From positions 23,892,015-23,956,014 of the forward strand of contig OZ316893.1 in assembly GCA_973895155.1 (NCBI GenBank): a stretch of DNA of 64,000 bases, in the 5' to 3' direction. This stretch comes from Marsupella aquatica (Eukaryota > Plantae > Marchantiophyta). The notes under the pieces are model-generated. The model did no database searches, was not told the origin of the DNA, and worked only from the letters and a program-made list of their open reading frames with translations. Below, in pieces: positions 51,061 through 63,796 of the stretch. Position 1 is the stretch's first letter, and the number at the start of each line of letters is the position of its first letter. Made by a program: the position numbers and the translations under genes.

Positions 51061-52517
51061 TTTTGCCTCCGCTCTTGATCAGGCCCCTTGCCCTCCCCCT
51101 CCTCTTCAAAATACACCGCTCTGTACAACACCCTCGGTGTGCAACAATCAACCCAAATTCCGGAATTCAACTACAGAGCTGCACTTCACTCCTTTCGACT
51201 CCACATTCCTACAGCTGAGAAGGCTAGAGTCGGTCTCTACAGATTTGGAAGATTGGAACCAAAGACCGCAAGCCAACTCATCAGGCCACTCGACCGATGC
51301 AGCAGCACTCCTTTCATTCTCCCATTCCCCTCCCTCGGAATGGACACAATTGCATCCCAAGCTCTCGACACAAATGGAGTGGGAGTAAAGAAAGCTACGA
51401 GATGCGAAGCAACAACGGACGGAGGAGGAGCGGAATCGGATGCAGAGTAGAGTGGACTAGAGTAGTGGCGTCGGAGGGGTTAGAATTGCGAGAGGGGCAA
51501 GACAACTGTTTGGGAACAGGAATCTCAGGGCCCGAGGCAGCCTGCCTTTAATCTATCACTCCCTCCTCACCAGGCAAGGCAACGCAAGGAGGAAATTGGC
51601 CAACTCGGGAAAGAACGGATGGACGGACACAGAGGTGAAAAGATACCAGTTGAGGTTGAGGTTGTTCTGTGCGGCCTCTCGGAAGTACAACGCGGCAGTA
51701 AAGCGTGCGGAACGCAGGGCAGTGAGGCAGCGAGGCAGCAGGGGCGGGACAGCCTGCCCTACGGTTCTCTAGAAAACGAATTTCATCGCTACAAACCCAG
51801 AGGATACGAGACAGTAGTACTCCTCGATCAGCTCCCCACCCAACCCGGCAATCCGCCCGGCCAGGCCTCCAACGGATCGTTTACGTTGATTGTTGTCTGA
51901 AGCTCGGGAAATGAGCGTGCATCTTCTGGGGAAGACAATTCTGCTGCTTTTCATTTTACTACTCTTCGAAACAGAGATGGATCGTTTTCTGTCCGCACAC
52001 TCAGTGACTCGCGCTACAGTTACAGGAATAGCTGCTTTTTCCATTTCCATGCTTTCCAGATTTTGTGCATGAAACTTCTCTCCGCTGTTTCAGCATCAAC
52101 AATGACCGCGCCGCTCTACTGCTGGTGTCATCACTGTGCGAGTGAGTGCAGTCAAGAGCGTGGCCGGGGCCTGGGGGCTCAGAGAATTATGGAGGTGAGG
52201 GGGAGGTGGGTCACTAGGAATTCTATATTGCCCTCCAACAGCTTTTGTAACATGGGAAAGCTAAAGGTGAGGGGGAGGTGGGCAATTAGGAATTCCATCT
52301 TGCCGTCCAAGAGCTTTTGCAATAGAGCAAAGCTATATGTGTAGGGAGGTGGGAATACCATACTATGGTAGGGCATCTCCAAGCTCAGAATTTGATGGAC
52401 CTTTACATTGTAGGTATGGGTTAGGCCAAGTTCATAGTCCACAACTTTTTGCCAGGAATATTTGTCATATCACCATTAGTCACTGTAGACTATAGTGGAA
52501 TTATTATTTTTAATTAA

Positions 52518-52686
52518 GTAACCTTGTTATATAAAAAAGTTTATGACCAGTCCTTAATGGCCAAAAGCCAAAACCCATCGTCAGTAATTTTGAAACTTTG
52601 AGGTAACCTTGTTATATAAAAAAGTTATGACCAGTCCTTAATGGCCAAAAGCCAAAAGCCATCGTCAGTAATTTTGAAACTTTGAG
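52518..52686. repeat. Near-perfect tandem duplication, 85/84 bp
   Basis: GTAACCTTGTTATATAAAAAAGTT...GAAACTTTGAG at 52518-52602 and 52603-52686, inside a region with GGTGAGGGGGAGGTGGG-type repeats (52194-52790). Confidence 0.9.
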
Positions 52687-54254
52687 ATGCCGCCTCCGAG
52701 AGCTTTTGCACTATGGCAAAGCTGAAGGTGAGTGGGAGGTGGGTAATTAGGAATGCCATATTGTCCTTCAACAGCTTTTGCACCATGGCAATTCTAAAGA
52801 TCAGCGAATTAGGAATGCCATAACTCCCTCCAGTAGGTTTTGCAATATGGCACAGGAGAAAGGGGCAATTGGGGAAAGGAAGTTTCAGTTGTGACATTTT
52901 CTGGCCAAAGGACTACTGTAGTTGACGACAGTCACTCACTGTTCAGATTCAATTGGGCCCCGGTCCATTTCTTTCACGCCCGGGTACAAACCACGGTAAT
53001 TTTAAAGGTTTTACTGTCTTTTTAAAGGTTCTATTAGTTTTTTCTGCCAATGTGGCTACAATGTCACCTTGTGCAAGCGAGAAGATGCTACTGTAGAAGT
53101 ATTTTTAAAAACTTTTCTAGATTAGTTTTTTTATTGTTAGATCTACTTAGATTTAAGGATTCGATTGTGGCTATCGGGTCTCTCGCTAGGTGGGAAGCTG
53201 GCTAATGGAAAACAAACAAAACCTAACCAAATTTTGCCACTAAACAAATCATTGGTCTGCCGTCTATAAGTGCACAATCCTGGGAAAAAGCATCCTATCT
53301 GCATTTAACTAGGTTTGCACGAATTGAGGAGTGCAAAGAGATTGTATTGATTGATGAGAGTATACAGTGCCTTGATATGCAATGGCCCCTCTCCCAGTCC
53401 ACACTCTCATGACTTCTTGCCTAAAATGTACCTCAGTGCCCTAAACATGATCCCTAGTGCAATTTTTACTCTACTTGAAAATGACATGCACTTATCAGTG
53501 AGAATCTGTCCAACGAATTGTGCCTTGCAATTAACCCAGTTTTGCACTTACGGAGTGTGCACTCATCGAGAGCTGACTGTACTACAACAACACGGCCAGA
53601 GAGAGTCAGCAGAGATAGGTACGCTCACAAATTCAGCTCAGCTACAAGCTCAGCTCAGATCTGCTCAATTTGCTGCACAGATCAGCTCTACTGGCTGCAC
53701 TCTGCTGGCTGCAGTGCGTCCTGCAAAAGCCCATTGCAAGGACTTCAATGCCTCACTTCTCGGGCCCCTCCCCCGTCCTGCGCCTTCTCTTCTGTCCTGA
53801 CTCGGCTCTTGGTGGTGCTGGTAGGAGTAGTGTTGTGGTGGGGGCTATTGTCGGTACCTTTTTCAATACTCGTGCCAACGGCCGTGTGCGATGGGAATGC
53901 AGACATGGATTTACCTTACTGTACACTGGCGCAGCCCATTTGGCAAAGGCCGGCCTGCTGAGGTACTGGGGTTCCAGCTGCAGCCAGAGCACACGTGAAT
54001 CCAACCTCCCAAGGCTGGAAGTGTTCCACTCTGGGTAACTGGGTAAGAGCTAAAAAGAGCAGGTAAAAACTAGGACCCTCTTGGGTAAGTGGGTAACAAT
54101 TAAGGGCATCTCCAGTGGCATTGCGGCGGGGAGCTTCTTAAGAGCCCTATTTGTGGCCATGGACAGCCCCAAATCCCCAACGTGCCCCCGCCTGCAAAAA
54201 CTTGCCAAACCCGGCAGGTCGCACACAAAACAGGGATTCTTTTGGTGTTTTGTC

Positions 54255-54402
54255 ATGTAGGGTGAGGTGGCAAGTCACTGTGGTCCAATGCTGGGTAAGG
54301 TGGCGAGTCACTGTGGTCCAACATTGGCCAATGTAGGGTAAGGTGGCGACCCACTATGGTCCAATGTTGGGCCATGTAGGGTAAGGTGAGTCACTGTGGT
54401 CA
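54255..54402. repeat. Tandem array, ~35-40 bp unit, about 4 copies (GGGTAAGGTGGCGAGTCACTGTGGTCCAA)
   Basis: Units directly visible in the sequence. Confidence 0.8.
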
Positions 54403-55187
54403 GATGAAAGTTACCTGTTGTCATCTCTGACAAGTCTAAGCTACACGTTAGCTCTTCTGCAGTTTCAGGATTGCCATTAGATCTAGCGGCTAACCTCCTA
54501 AACAACGAACATAAGTAGTGAATTTTGTCCCAAAATCGCACATTTTCTCTCTGTTGTAGTAGTGCATAACAAAGAGTAAGAATATTGTGAAGTTTCCATC
54601 ACTGACCCGATACCATGTGTGCCCCCAGCCCATCGTTATCCAAACAAATCTTAGGCGTTAGCAACCCCATGTGACCTGTCATCTACGGTCGCTTGCTAGG
54701 CTACTCCAATCATCCTTTGATCATCCTTTGATTCTATAGTGGGTTCGGTAAGCTTTGGGGGGGGGGATTGTCCTAATAAAGGCCACCGTTGACCACCCAA
54801 GGACTTTCATTTTGGACATCTTCCCGGAGGGCATTAACTTACTTCAGTCCCTGTCAGCGATTCATAAACTACAGTAGTGTCTAGACGAAGGCAGAATGCG
54901 CTGCCCATGACTAAATGTGCTTTGCAAAACTGCTCTCCAAATTTTCCGAATTGAAGTTGAATACATATTAAATATAAGTGGTGCTTTGTTCTCCTTTACA
55001 TCCGTTGCTTGACCCCACTCACTCTTATGATACGGTGCAAGGTTTCTGTGAGTCCCTTTCCCATGTGTTTGGTTTTTCCATCCCAATAGCAGAGTGGGTT
55101 CTCTAATAGGGTAACGTCTTGGTTAGAGGGCATTGTGGGATCTAGTGTCCCCAAAATGACAGAGTTAGTCCAAGTTCACTTTACTTG

Positions 55188-55429
55188 ACACAATGCAGAA
55201 CTTGGTTTAGTCCAAGTTTGAGGAAACCATAAGTGACTTGCAAGTTTAGGAAGGAATTATGCAATGGCCCATCAATCTAGGCTGTGGAACGCAAAATAAC
55301 AATTTCACACTATTGCTTGACTAACTTCAGCAAGTTCACTTTGTTTGTTTTTTTCCAAAACTCATTGTAATTTATGCAAGTCACTTATGGTTTCCTCAAA
55401 CTTGGACTAAACCAAGTTCTGCATTGTGT
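55188..55429. repeat. Perfect 55 bp inverted repeat with 132 bp spacer (foldback, MITE-like)
   Basis: 55188-55242 ACACAATGCAGAACTTGG...GTGACTTGCA is the exact reverse complement of 55375-55429. Confidence 0.9.
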
Positions 55430-56985
55430 AAAGTGAAGAGCCAAAAATCTAGTAACACCCTTTTTCCAATGCATTGTGTACTATTCCCTAACACACCCTT
55501 TAGCCCAAGTTTTGAGTCACTATTATTGCCCATAATGCTGCCTTAACACTCATTATCCGTTTCAAGCTGATCAACCTATTATTTCCGATTCTTTTCTCAT
55601 TTCTTCGCACTTAACACCTACTCAAATTTCAAGCAAATAAAGCTTTTACTATCTTTTCCAAGAGACAAGTAGACGATAAATCTCAAGCCACTGTACCTCG
55701 TGTTCCATTGAGTACAGAAAATTACAAGGAGGAACATCATGAGGCGCCATAAAGTCCAGCAGTCACTTGGAGCCCAACTAAAATAAGTGGGTGTAATTCC
55801 ATACATATTGCAATTCATCTCCCAAATGCTAGCCCCTGGGAATAAAAGTACTTCGCACATACAGTACAGTACATCATCCGTAAAATGGACAATTAATTAA
55901 CACTGTACTCAAAATAGCATTTCCTTAATTATTTGGTTTGCTATTATTAATCTGATTCCTTCGTATCTCCAACGAGGGTGACTTTTTCAATTTGGACGGA
56001 CAGAAAGAATAGATTTCCAACGGTTGCCTGATTTCAAATTCTGACTGAAGACAATACGGTACGTTCCGAAGTGGGTATCCCACACTGACGTAAATATACC
56101 CTCCAGATACGGTCTCACCAGGCTTCTGGCTTCCGGAAGGACCGGAACCCAGGACGCATAGAACGCCCGGGTTACTTTACGCATCTCTTTATTACTCTCG
56201 TACTTACGCCTGCTACCACGGTAAGTAAAGTTCAGAACGGAACTGCGCGTCTGATAATTAATATTAATCCGTTCACGGAAGGGTGGATTTGACCGTCCAT
56301 CTGAAAATCCGACGGTGCGTGCGTGAACAATGTTTGGAATGCCTTCTCAAATAACTCAGTCTCTTAATCTAAACATTTGTTACTGCGGTAATCATAAGAT
56401 GTACGGAGCGAGGGCTGCTAGTTCTGCATTTTGTTGAGTGGCAAAGTATAAGAACACTAAATTGACTGAGCAAAGAGGGTCTAGATGGCCCATATGGTGT
56501 GTCCAGGCATTCGGCCCATGCCAAGGGCAATTCAAGGGGCAAAAGGGAAGACAGCCAGGCAAAAGATGAGTTGATTGCCTGAAATCCACAGGGCGTTTCA
56601 TGGGGCCCAGACAAAAAGCATGGGCCTTGACTCAAGCCCGCAATGGGCCTGCTGCCACAACCGGTGCAAGGCCCATTTGCAGATGCTTCTTGTGACTCTA
56701 TAATGTCCCACACATGCTCGCGATGGCTGGGGTAATGGTTTCTCAATTAACCACACTCTTTACAGTACTTAGCCTCACACACTCTGTTTACTATGAAGTT
56801 AAATTTGAGGTGGGTGATTATAATTAGCGTGTGACACTAATATGGTATAGTGTCACATGCATGAAAATAGTGATAGTGTTATTTGTAAGAAAATTCTAGG
56901 GTTACCCCTAATTAGTGTGTGTGAGATTAATTGTTGCTGCACTAAATATTGTAAGGGATTAGAGATCCTATCAGTTCGAAGACTA

Positions 56986-57226
56986 CAACTCAATAATTGT
57001 GTTACATTGTCTACTATTGAGGTTGAGTGGTTGAGTACATGGTTGTTTGAAAAATAACCAAGGAGTTGATCTGGCTATGAAAATTGGTGAGTGATGTGGG
57101 TCTTTAGTTTCTATCAATTGGAAGATGGCAACTCAATATTGTGTTACATTGTCTACTATTGAGGTTGAGTGGTTGAGTACATGGAAACAACCAAGGAGCT
57201 GATCTGAATATAGAGATTGGTGAGTG
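56986..57226. repeat. Tandem duplication, ~143 bp period (second copy partial)
   Basis: CAACTCAATA(A)TTGTGTTACATTGTCTACTATTGAGGTTGAGTGGTTGAGTACATGG at 56986 and 57129. Confidence 0.85.
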
Positions 57227-59934
57227 AACTGTGTCCGGTGCTATCGTGTGACAACCAAAGTGCATTGCATCTGGTAAAGAACCCTATGTGTATATGGGAT
57301 TCACATAACTAATGAAAGAACCTGAATTGGATGTGTTTTGCTACAAGTGCTTAGCACTTATGCTAGAGTAGAAGGGAACAACCAGAATGAGACAACTTTG
57401 AGTTCCCAACACTCTCATGTGAGTTTCATGAATCTATCTTTGTCAGTGCAAGAACTTATGCATACTACTTAACAAGAGTGATAACCTTTCATTTCACCCC
57501 ATTCTTTAGCAGATAACTCCGTTGAGGGAGAGGTTTTACCTCTGAAGGGGTCCCATACAGTGAGTTTGGTGGACTGGTGTCCCCCAGGCCACCGTAGCTC
57601 TCTCCATAGGTCAGGTAGAAATTTCAAAGTGATGACTGATATGGCTTAGCAGTGTTTAGGTAACACTAACCGTTCATGGGATCATTTTCTGGAACCTTAG
57701 CAGCTCAATAATCCCTTCCAAGTGTTAAATAGTTTATTTAGCTCCTTGTCCTAGACTGGTTATCCGTAAGCTTCAACCTCAGTGCCCACCCAGCTTGGGC
57801 ACCCCACCTTTGGTCTTAGCTGGGTCTCACTCCTCCCCAGGGTCTCCCCTCTTTGTATTCTCTTTCAAATAATCTAATTCATTGATATCTTTGGAGACAA
57901 TAAGTGATTTGGTGGAATCCTAAGTGCCTTACAAATCACTTGCCAATGAGATAATTGGGCTCAAAAACGAGTAAAAATTGTCGTGGAATGACAATGTGAA
58001 TGTCAGGGGGAGTGCTTTGATCAATGGAACCCTCTGACTCAAATTAGTACTGGGACCCCCATCTTACACTGGATCTGCCTTGTAAGACCAAGCTCCAAAG
58101 AGTCAGCCAACGACAAGTTGATAACTTACTTACTCTGCAAACAGCGCGGATCAACGTGCAAAGCAATATCTCTGAATTTTTCGAAATTCTAAAAAGAGTC
58201 CTCCAAAGAAAGGGACGGTACCGTACCCTGAAACCATTTTGGCACCGGCGGCTACGACTGATTCAGCTATTGACCGACCCTTAGAAAGATTTATTTTCTC
58301 CAGCGAATTGGCAGTGAAGTCTGACGGGATATAATCACCCGCCGATTTCTTAGGATCGACGGACGATGAAGGGCCAGCACTCTGGTGATATGCACATCGA
58401 AGTCGGTACGGTAATTAAATGGGAGGAACATAAGGAAATAATTATGGAGGAGCTGCAAGCACAACGGGAATCTCTGTGCCACGCCATGCCAGGCCAGTTG
58501 AGCCTAATTATTTACACTTTCCAATTTACATGGTTCTTGTAGTTAGTCTCACCAAATTACACTCCTTTTACGGTGGTCCGGTAAGGCTTTGTGGGTACTT
58601 GTGACTATTTTCACCAAAGCAAAATACTTCTTGTTTTGAAGATAGATTCCATTCTAGAATATAGTAAATAAATGCAAATCATTTGAATAACAGAGCCAAA
58701 AGGTATGAAATACTTGGACCACTTTTGGAGGTGATGTAAATTCTAGACAATACATAGTACCATTTTTTGGGCCCACTGCATGAATGCCATGTAATGCCAT
58801 GTAGGATAGGTAGGCACCATACCTGCTGGGCTCCCAAGTTCTCATGAGCCAAACTACAGCCCTTTTCACTCAGTATAGTGTCCATAGTTAATCTCAAAGG
58901 GAATAAAAGAATAAATGGGCTTCTTTAAAACATAGGGAGTTCTCTTGTTTGGAAGAAGGGGACCAGCCTTGTCAATACTTGTGAAGCAAAGGAACACACA
59001 ACACCAAAAGGCACTTGGCGGAGGTATAAACCCCCGTGAAAGGAACCAAAGCCACACTTACAGTAGTCGGGCCCTCTTTAAACCACCGGCCATATAAAAG
59101 GCGGAGTATCCGAAACTTATCACTTTTTCACATTCCTCTCCTCTACCCTGAGACTTTGCTTCACAATTTTGGGAAAAAGTACTAAAAATGGTTGAAAACT
59201 TTGTAGCCACATTTTTGTCTTGGCTAGTGACGGTTTTAAGTTGTGAGGCAGGCCCTATGATCCTAACTCTCAATAAGTTAAACCAGCTGTGTCTTACAAT
59301 GGGCCAGCTGAGTATGTATGGTAGTCCAGGAATACATATATATGGAAGAATTTGCAGAAAATACAAATTTTCTGCAAGCCAGTGGCGTAGTGGCTCACCT
59401 TTTCAATTCACTTACTTTTTAGAATTAGAGCTGTCAAAGTACTTTATGATGTCAAGGGGGTGGTCCACGAGTCTTGGTATCTACCCCATTATGTGTGCCT
59501 GTATCGTGCTAAGATTCTTGCAACCTACAAGAGTAGTGTAGTTGTTTGTCAACTTTGACTTTGTTGTATCATTGTTGATTTTCAGGTTCATATTTGTGGA
59601 TCACAAGAGTGATCGAGGACAATGGTCCTACAAGACGATGTGGTAAGCATCACCATGAGCATCTTTATTTATGCGCAAATGTCATTGGACGACGGGAGGG
59701 AGGAAAAGGGGCGCAGTGAGCCAAAGAGGACAGAGATTATTAGGAAATGGCATAAATGAGTTCTGGCCGTATTCCCTTCTCAATGTCACTTATCCAACTT
59801 TCACACACCTTTATCAAATTACCTTGCCTAATCACCTGAATTTGGTCATGGTGGGGGGGGGGGGGGGGGGGGAGATGTATTCCCTTCTCATTGTTCACTT
59901 ATCTCCAACATCTAAGTGTAACTAGAGATGTTTT

Positions 59935-60744
59935 AACCCCACTTTTGCGGGATTATGTGTGTTAACTCTGCTCAAATCCAAAAAATTATAAGCTAGAGGC
60001 ATCTGAACCCCACTTATGGGGGGATGTGTGTGAAAAATCATAGGATGGAGGCAAGTGTCAAACCGGGCACCTGCGTCACCCCACTCTTTCACTCTCAACC
60101 CCAATTTTGTGGGATTATGTGTGTTTAACTGTGCTCAAACCAAAAAACTTATAAGTGTCACTAAAGGCATCTGAACCCCACTTCTGGGGGGATGTGTGTG
60201 AAAAAGCATAGGATGGAGGCAACTGTCAAACCGGGCACCTGCGTCGCCCCACTCTTGCGCTCTCAACCCCAATTTTGTGGGATTATGTGTGTTTAACCCT
60301 GCTCAAATCAAAAAACTTATTATTATTATTATTATTATAAAAGGGGGGGGGGGGGGTGGAGACCCTTCAATAACAGGCAGGGGAGCAACAGCCACCCGAG
60401 CAAGGAAAACAAAGAAAGGCCCAACACCCGAAGCCACAAACGGCCAACGGAAAACCAAAACTATTCGGGCCAGGGAACCCGGAACCACCACCTGAAGTTG
60501 ACATCAAAGTCATCACCGTAAGTAAAGGTCCTATTCTGTTTGTCCAAAGTGCAAATCCTCCTCCTGTCCTGTGTGCTTCTAGCAGTGTCCAACCTAGTCA
60601 TTAAGTTAGTGTTTTCAGTGAATCAAAACACTTATAAGTATCACTAGAGGCATCTGAACCCCACTTTTGGGGGATGTGTGTGAAAAAACATGGGATGGAG
60701 GCAACTGTCTAACCAGGCACCTGCTTCGCCCCACTCTTGCGCTC
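59935..60744. repeat. Satellite-like tandem repeat, ~162-168 bp unit x3; third unit interrupted by an insertion
   Basis: Units start at ~59935, 60097 and 60265 (AACCCCA.TTTTG.GGGATTATGTGTG...GGCATCTGAACCCCACTT...GGCACCTGC). Confidence 0.9.
60321..60620 (-). mobile_element. 300 bp non-LTR retroposed fragment with (TAA)n tail
   Basis: (TAT)n run followed by a G-run on +; 15 bp TSD AATCAAAA(A/C)ACTTAT at 60306-60320 and 60621-60635. The satellite unit resumes after the TSD. Confidence 0.82.
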
Positions 60745-62122
60745 ACCGTTAGCCCATGGCCTGCAACAGTGCATGGGCAGTACTTCTTAAGTATTTATTT
60801 TTATGTTTTGGGCAACCTAGCAAGGGCAAGAGAGAGGGTTTAATGTGGATCCCAGGAAATTAGACAAGTTTCTCAAAAACCATGCAAGTGCTTAGGGCCA
60901 ATTTCTTCAAGGCTCCATACACTCGAGTTGGGCCGTAGACGGAAATGATAATCGCTCTGCTTTCTCAGGCAGCAGCCCGACTCGACTCGCAGGGGACAGT
61001 CCAAATGACTTTCCAAGGACTCATCACTTTCCACGGACTCATCTCGCTCCATGAAGCAAGGGACTACCTTATCGTAGCTGGGTCAGGATGGCGGAAGGAA
61101 CGGAGTAGAAAGAGGAAAAGAATTGACACAGGCATTGATTGATTATCATTGACGTGGTTGTACGCAAGCAAGACTCGCGGGAAACACGGAATCGTGGACT
61201 GTCACCCACCTGAACAGGAAGAAGAACGAAAATAAGGGAGATAGGTTCCATCAAGGCGTGGCCGCCGTGACGTCAAGAGAGCGAAGCTTCCACAAGAACT
61301 ACCGCTGATCAGGGCCAAAAAGATCAAAAACGGAGGAAAGATTTCCGTAGCTCTAAACAACAACGCCAATAGGATTTAGGTGAAACCGAACGAATTATGT
61401 TTCAAACTTTACTGGCTTCGCTGAAAGCTAGCATTCAACATGGCTGGAACAACGCCACATTTGCTCACACCCTAGCATGGCAGGACTGAGTTTTGGTTGA
61501 TGGAAACAAATTTGTCATTGCTTACACAAGACGTAGGATTCATTCGAGATGTGATTTAAATGTGAGATTGGAAATTTAAAGACAAGGAGAGTGAGGAATG
61601 TGGGCGTTCTGGCCTATATTTGCATATAGTTTTACTACCGACGCTCTGTGTTGAACCATCAGCTTATTTGTCACCTGCGTCGTTGCATACCACATAGTCC
61701 AAGACTGTTGTGAGATCATAAGGACCTTCTCGACATCTTCGCGTCGTGGCAACCTTTGAGACGATGTGCATAACAATTCTTTCCAATTCAATACACACCA
61801 CGACGTCACTCGTTCAACTTCAACCGCTTGTATCTCAGGTGATCAGAGATGCTTCCTGTTTCTGAATCATCATGTTCCGCGCGTATGGTGATTGCGCAAA
61901 TCCACAGCAATCCGGCAAGACTGAGAAACTTGGCAGAGCTGAAAGGACCAGGAAACTGTGAAGATCGATGAAAATTTGAACTAACTGACGATCTGACGTT
62001 CTTTGAACTCCTGCCAATTCCGTTCATTGCAAAAAGGTATGGAATCCTGGGACATTGTAAGGATGTAGTCTTATTTTATTTGAAATTGTGAGTGCTGCCA
62101 GTAACCAACAGACTTTTTTCTT

Positions 62123-62860
62123 TTAGTTGAGTCGATGCACTGGAGCACATCGGGCTTCTTTAGGGCTGAATTCGATCTTTCCTTCCTCGTACCGCCGTGT
62201 GTGTTCACGTGCATTACATATGGGCTTTGATTCTCGTGCGACACAGCTATTCTTGACCTTGCTTAGAGCGGGAAAGGAATCCACTTCTGAGCATTGAGCA
62301 AGGGGGAAGGAACGAACTGCTCTCCTTGCCTGTGGGAAGGATGGAGGGACATTGCATGCCTCGAGTGGAAAACCAAACTGCCGCTTAACTCTTGGGAAAT
62401 GGGTCGCGTTAGCTTGCTTCATTCTCCTCGACCGAAGAACTGTGTCAGAGGTCTTCATTCGTGTTAGGCGAGCAAGAATCAGAAGATTACATTCTCGTTT
62501 GCTTCGTGCCGGAAACAAACTTTGTGTCCCTAGCGCAACTACACATGATTGCGCTCTTCGCGCCAGGATCGAATTGCTTGTTGTAGCGAAATTGGTTGCT
62601 TCATCCTCCTCGGAAAGCCCAGTGTGATGATGGTGTCGGACAGCAATGGACTTTGGTTGCAGGCTTGTTGCGAAATTGGGTGCTTCAAGCTCCTTGGAAA
62701 GTGGAGTGTGATGATGGTGTTCGACTGCTGTTTCATGTTGCATTTTCTTGCCTCGAAAAGTACACATGACATTTGCCCAAGTACAAAAGGAGCGAATCTG
62801 GAGACAAAAGGAGCGAAGGGGACAAAGTAAGGAGCCAAATAGAGCCCGACACATCCCCAA
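62123..62860 (-). other. 245-codon ORF of unknown status
   Basis: The longest unexplained ORF in the window. It has an in-frame duplication (HHHHTxLSxExEAxNFAT x2) and recurring FP motifs, but no recognised domain. Confidence 0.25.
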
Positions 62861-63467
62861 AGAAACTAAAACATTTGCGAGTACTGAACTGATGCCTCTG
62901 TGAAGCTCACGAGTACATTGTAAATGAGGGTCGCGAAAGAGTAATTTGTCAAAGAGTCCCTAAAACCAAGGGCCTTGGCCCTTAATATATGGAATCAGTA
63001 GTGGAACACACACCCACTATGATCTGAGAAAGGAGGCCTCCCTCAGTACATGCAATAAACTAGAGGATAGTGCCACCCTCATTACATGCACACACCCTCT
63101 GTTTGAAGAACTGGTTGAGGAACTGGTTGAAGAAATAGTGGATAGGGCCATTGCTCTACACAAAAGACCACACACGACTGTGGCATGTTTGCTATTGCTT
63201 GTTTTCCCATCAGAAAGCAAAGGTAGAGTTGTAGCATTGGAACGGGGTTGCTAGTTAGCCTCATGTGTACTCTCACAGATCATAAGTTTTGCATCATTCT
63301 CAAATCCACATTCACTGTTCAGGGATGATATTTTTCACTCAAATGACATCTGTCTTTGTATGGATGCTTTGATGTATTTGCTTGGGGTCCGTCAAGAAAC
63401 ATGTTTCATTTTGGAGGTCCATCAAGCATATGTCTCTCAATAGTTGAAATCAAACATTCCTTTGTCA

Positions 63468-63796
63468 GTTGGCCATGGGATGAGCCTTGAACCAAGAGGT
63501 CCCAGGCTCAATCTCCCCCCCCCCCCCCCCCCCGTCTCCACACAAGGGGTGTGGAGAGTATGTGTGCCTATGTGTGGGTGTAATGGTGGGAGTCCTGGTT
63601 TCTCGTCAATCACTAACTGGTCCGCTTTTGGGCCCTGGTCCAACCCTCTCTCCTTCCTGGTCTGGGCCTGTCAGATCCCTTGGTATTGTGCCTTTGTGGC
63701 TACCCTACATAGAATCACATGCTCCAGTGCGAAATGTTCTTCCCGTGTTGGATGGGTCTGCTTTCGGCTTTCAAGGCAAAAAATTAAAAAAACAAA
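63468..63796 (+). mobile_element. 329 bp 5'-truncated non-LTR (LINE/SINE) insertion
   Basis: A-rich tail at 63778-63796; perfect 17 bp TSD CAAACATTCCTTTGTCA at 63451-63467 and 63797-63813. Confidence 0.82.

Noticed and set aside
53351-54038. Overlapping 120-150 aa ORFs in all three + frames
   Set aside because: Low-complexity CAGCT/CTGCA-rich sequence with no domain signal; probably a TE interior.
54101-54120. TAA followed by GGGCATCTCCA, a Tourist-like TIR (similar sequence at ~52370)
   Set aside because: No convincing partner TIR with a matching TSD was found.
54255-54402. CRISPR-like appearance of ~36 bp repeats
   Set aside because: The units are contiguous without unique spacers, there are no cas genes and the context is eukaryotic; it is an ordinary minisatellite.
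55960-56340. CpG-rich island with AACGG/GACGG (MSA-like) motifs
   Set aside because: Short motifs with no adjacent identifiable gene; cannot be called a promoter from sequence alone.
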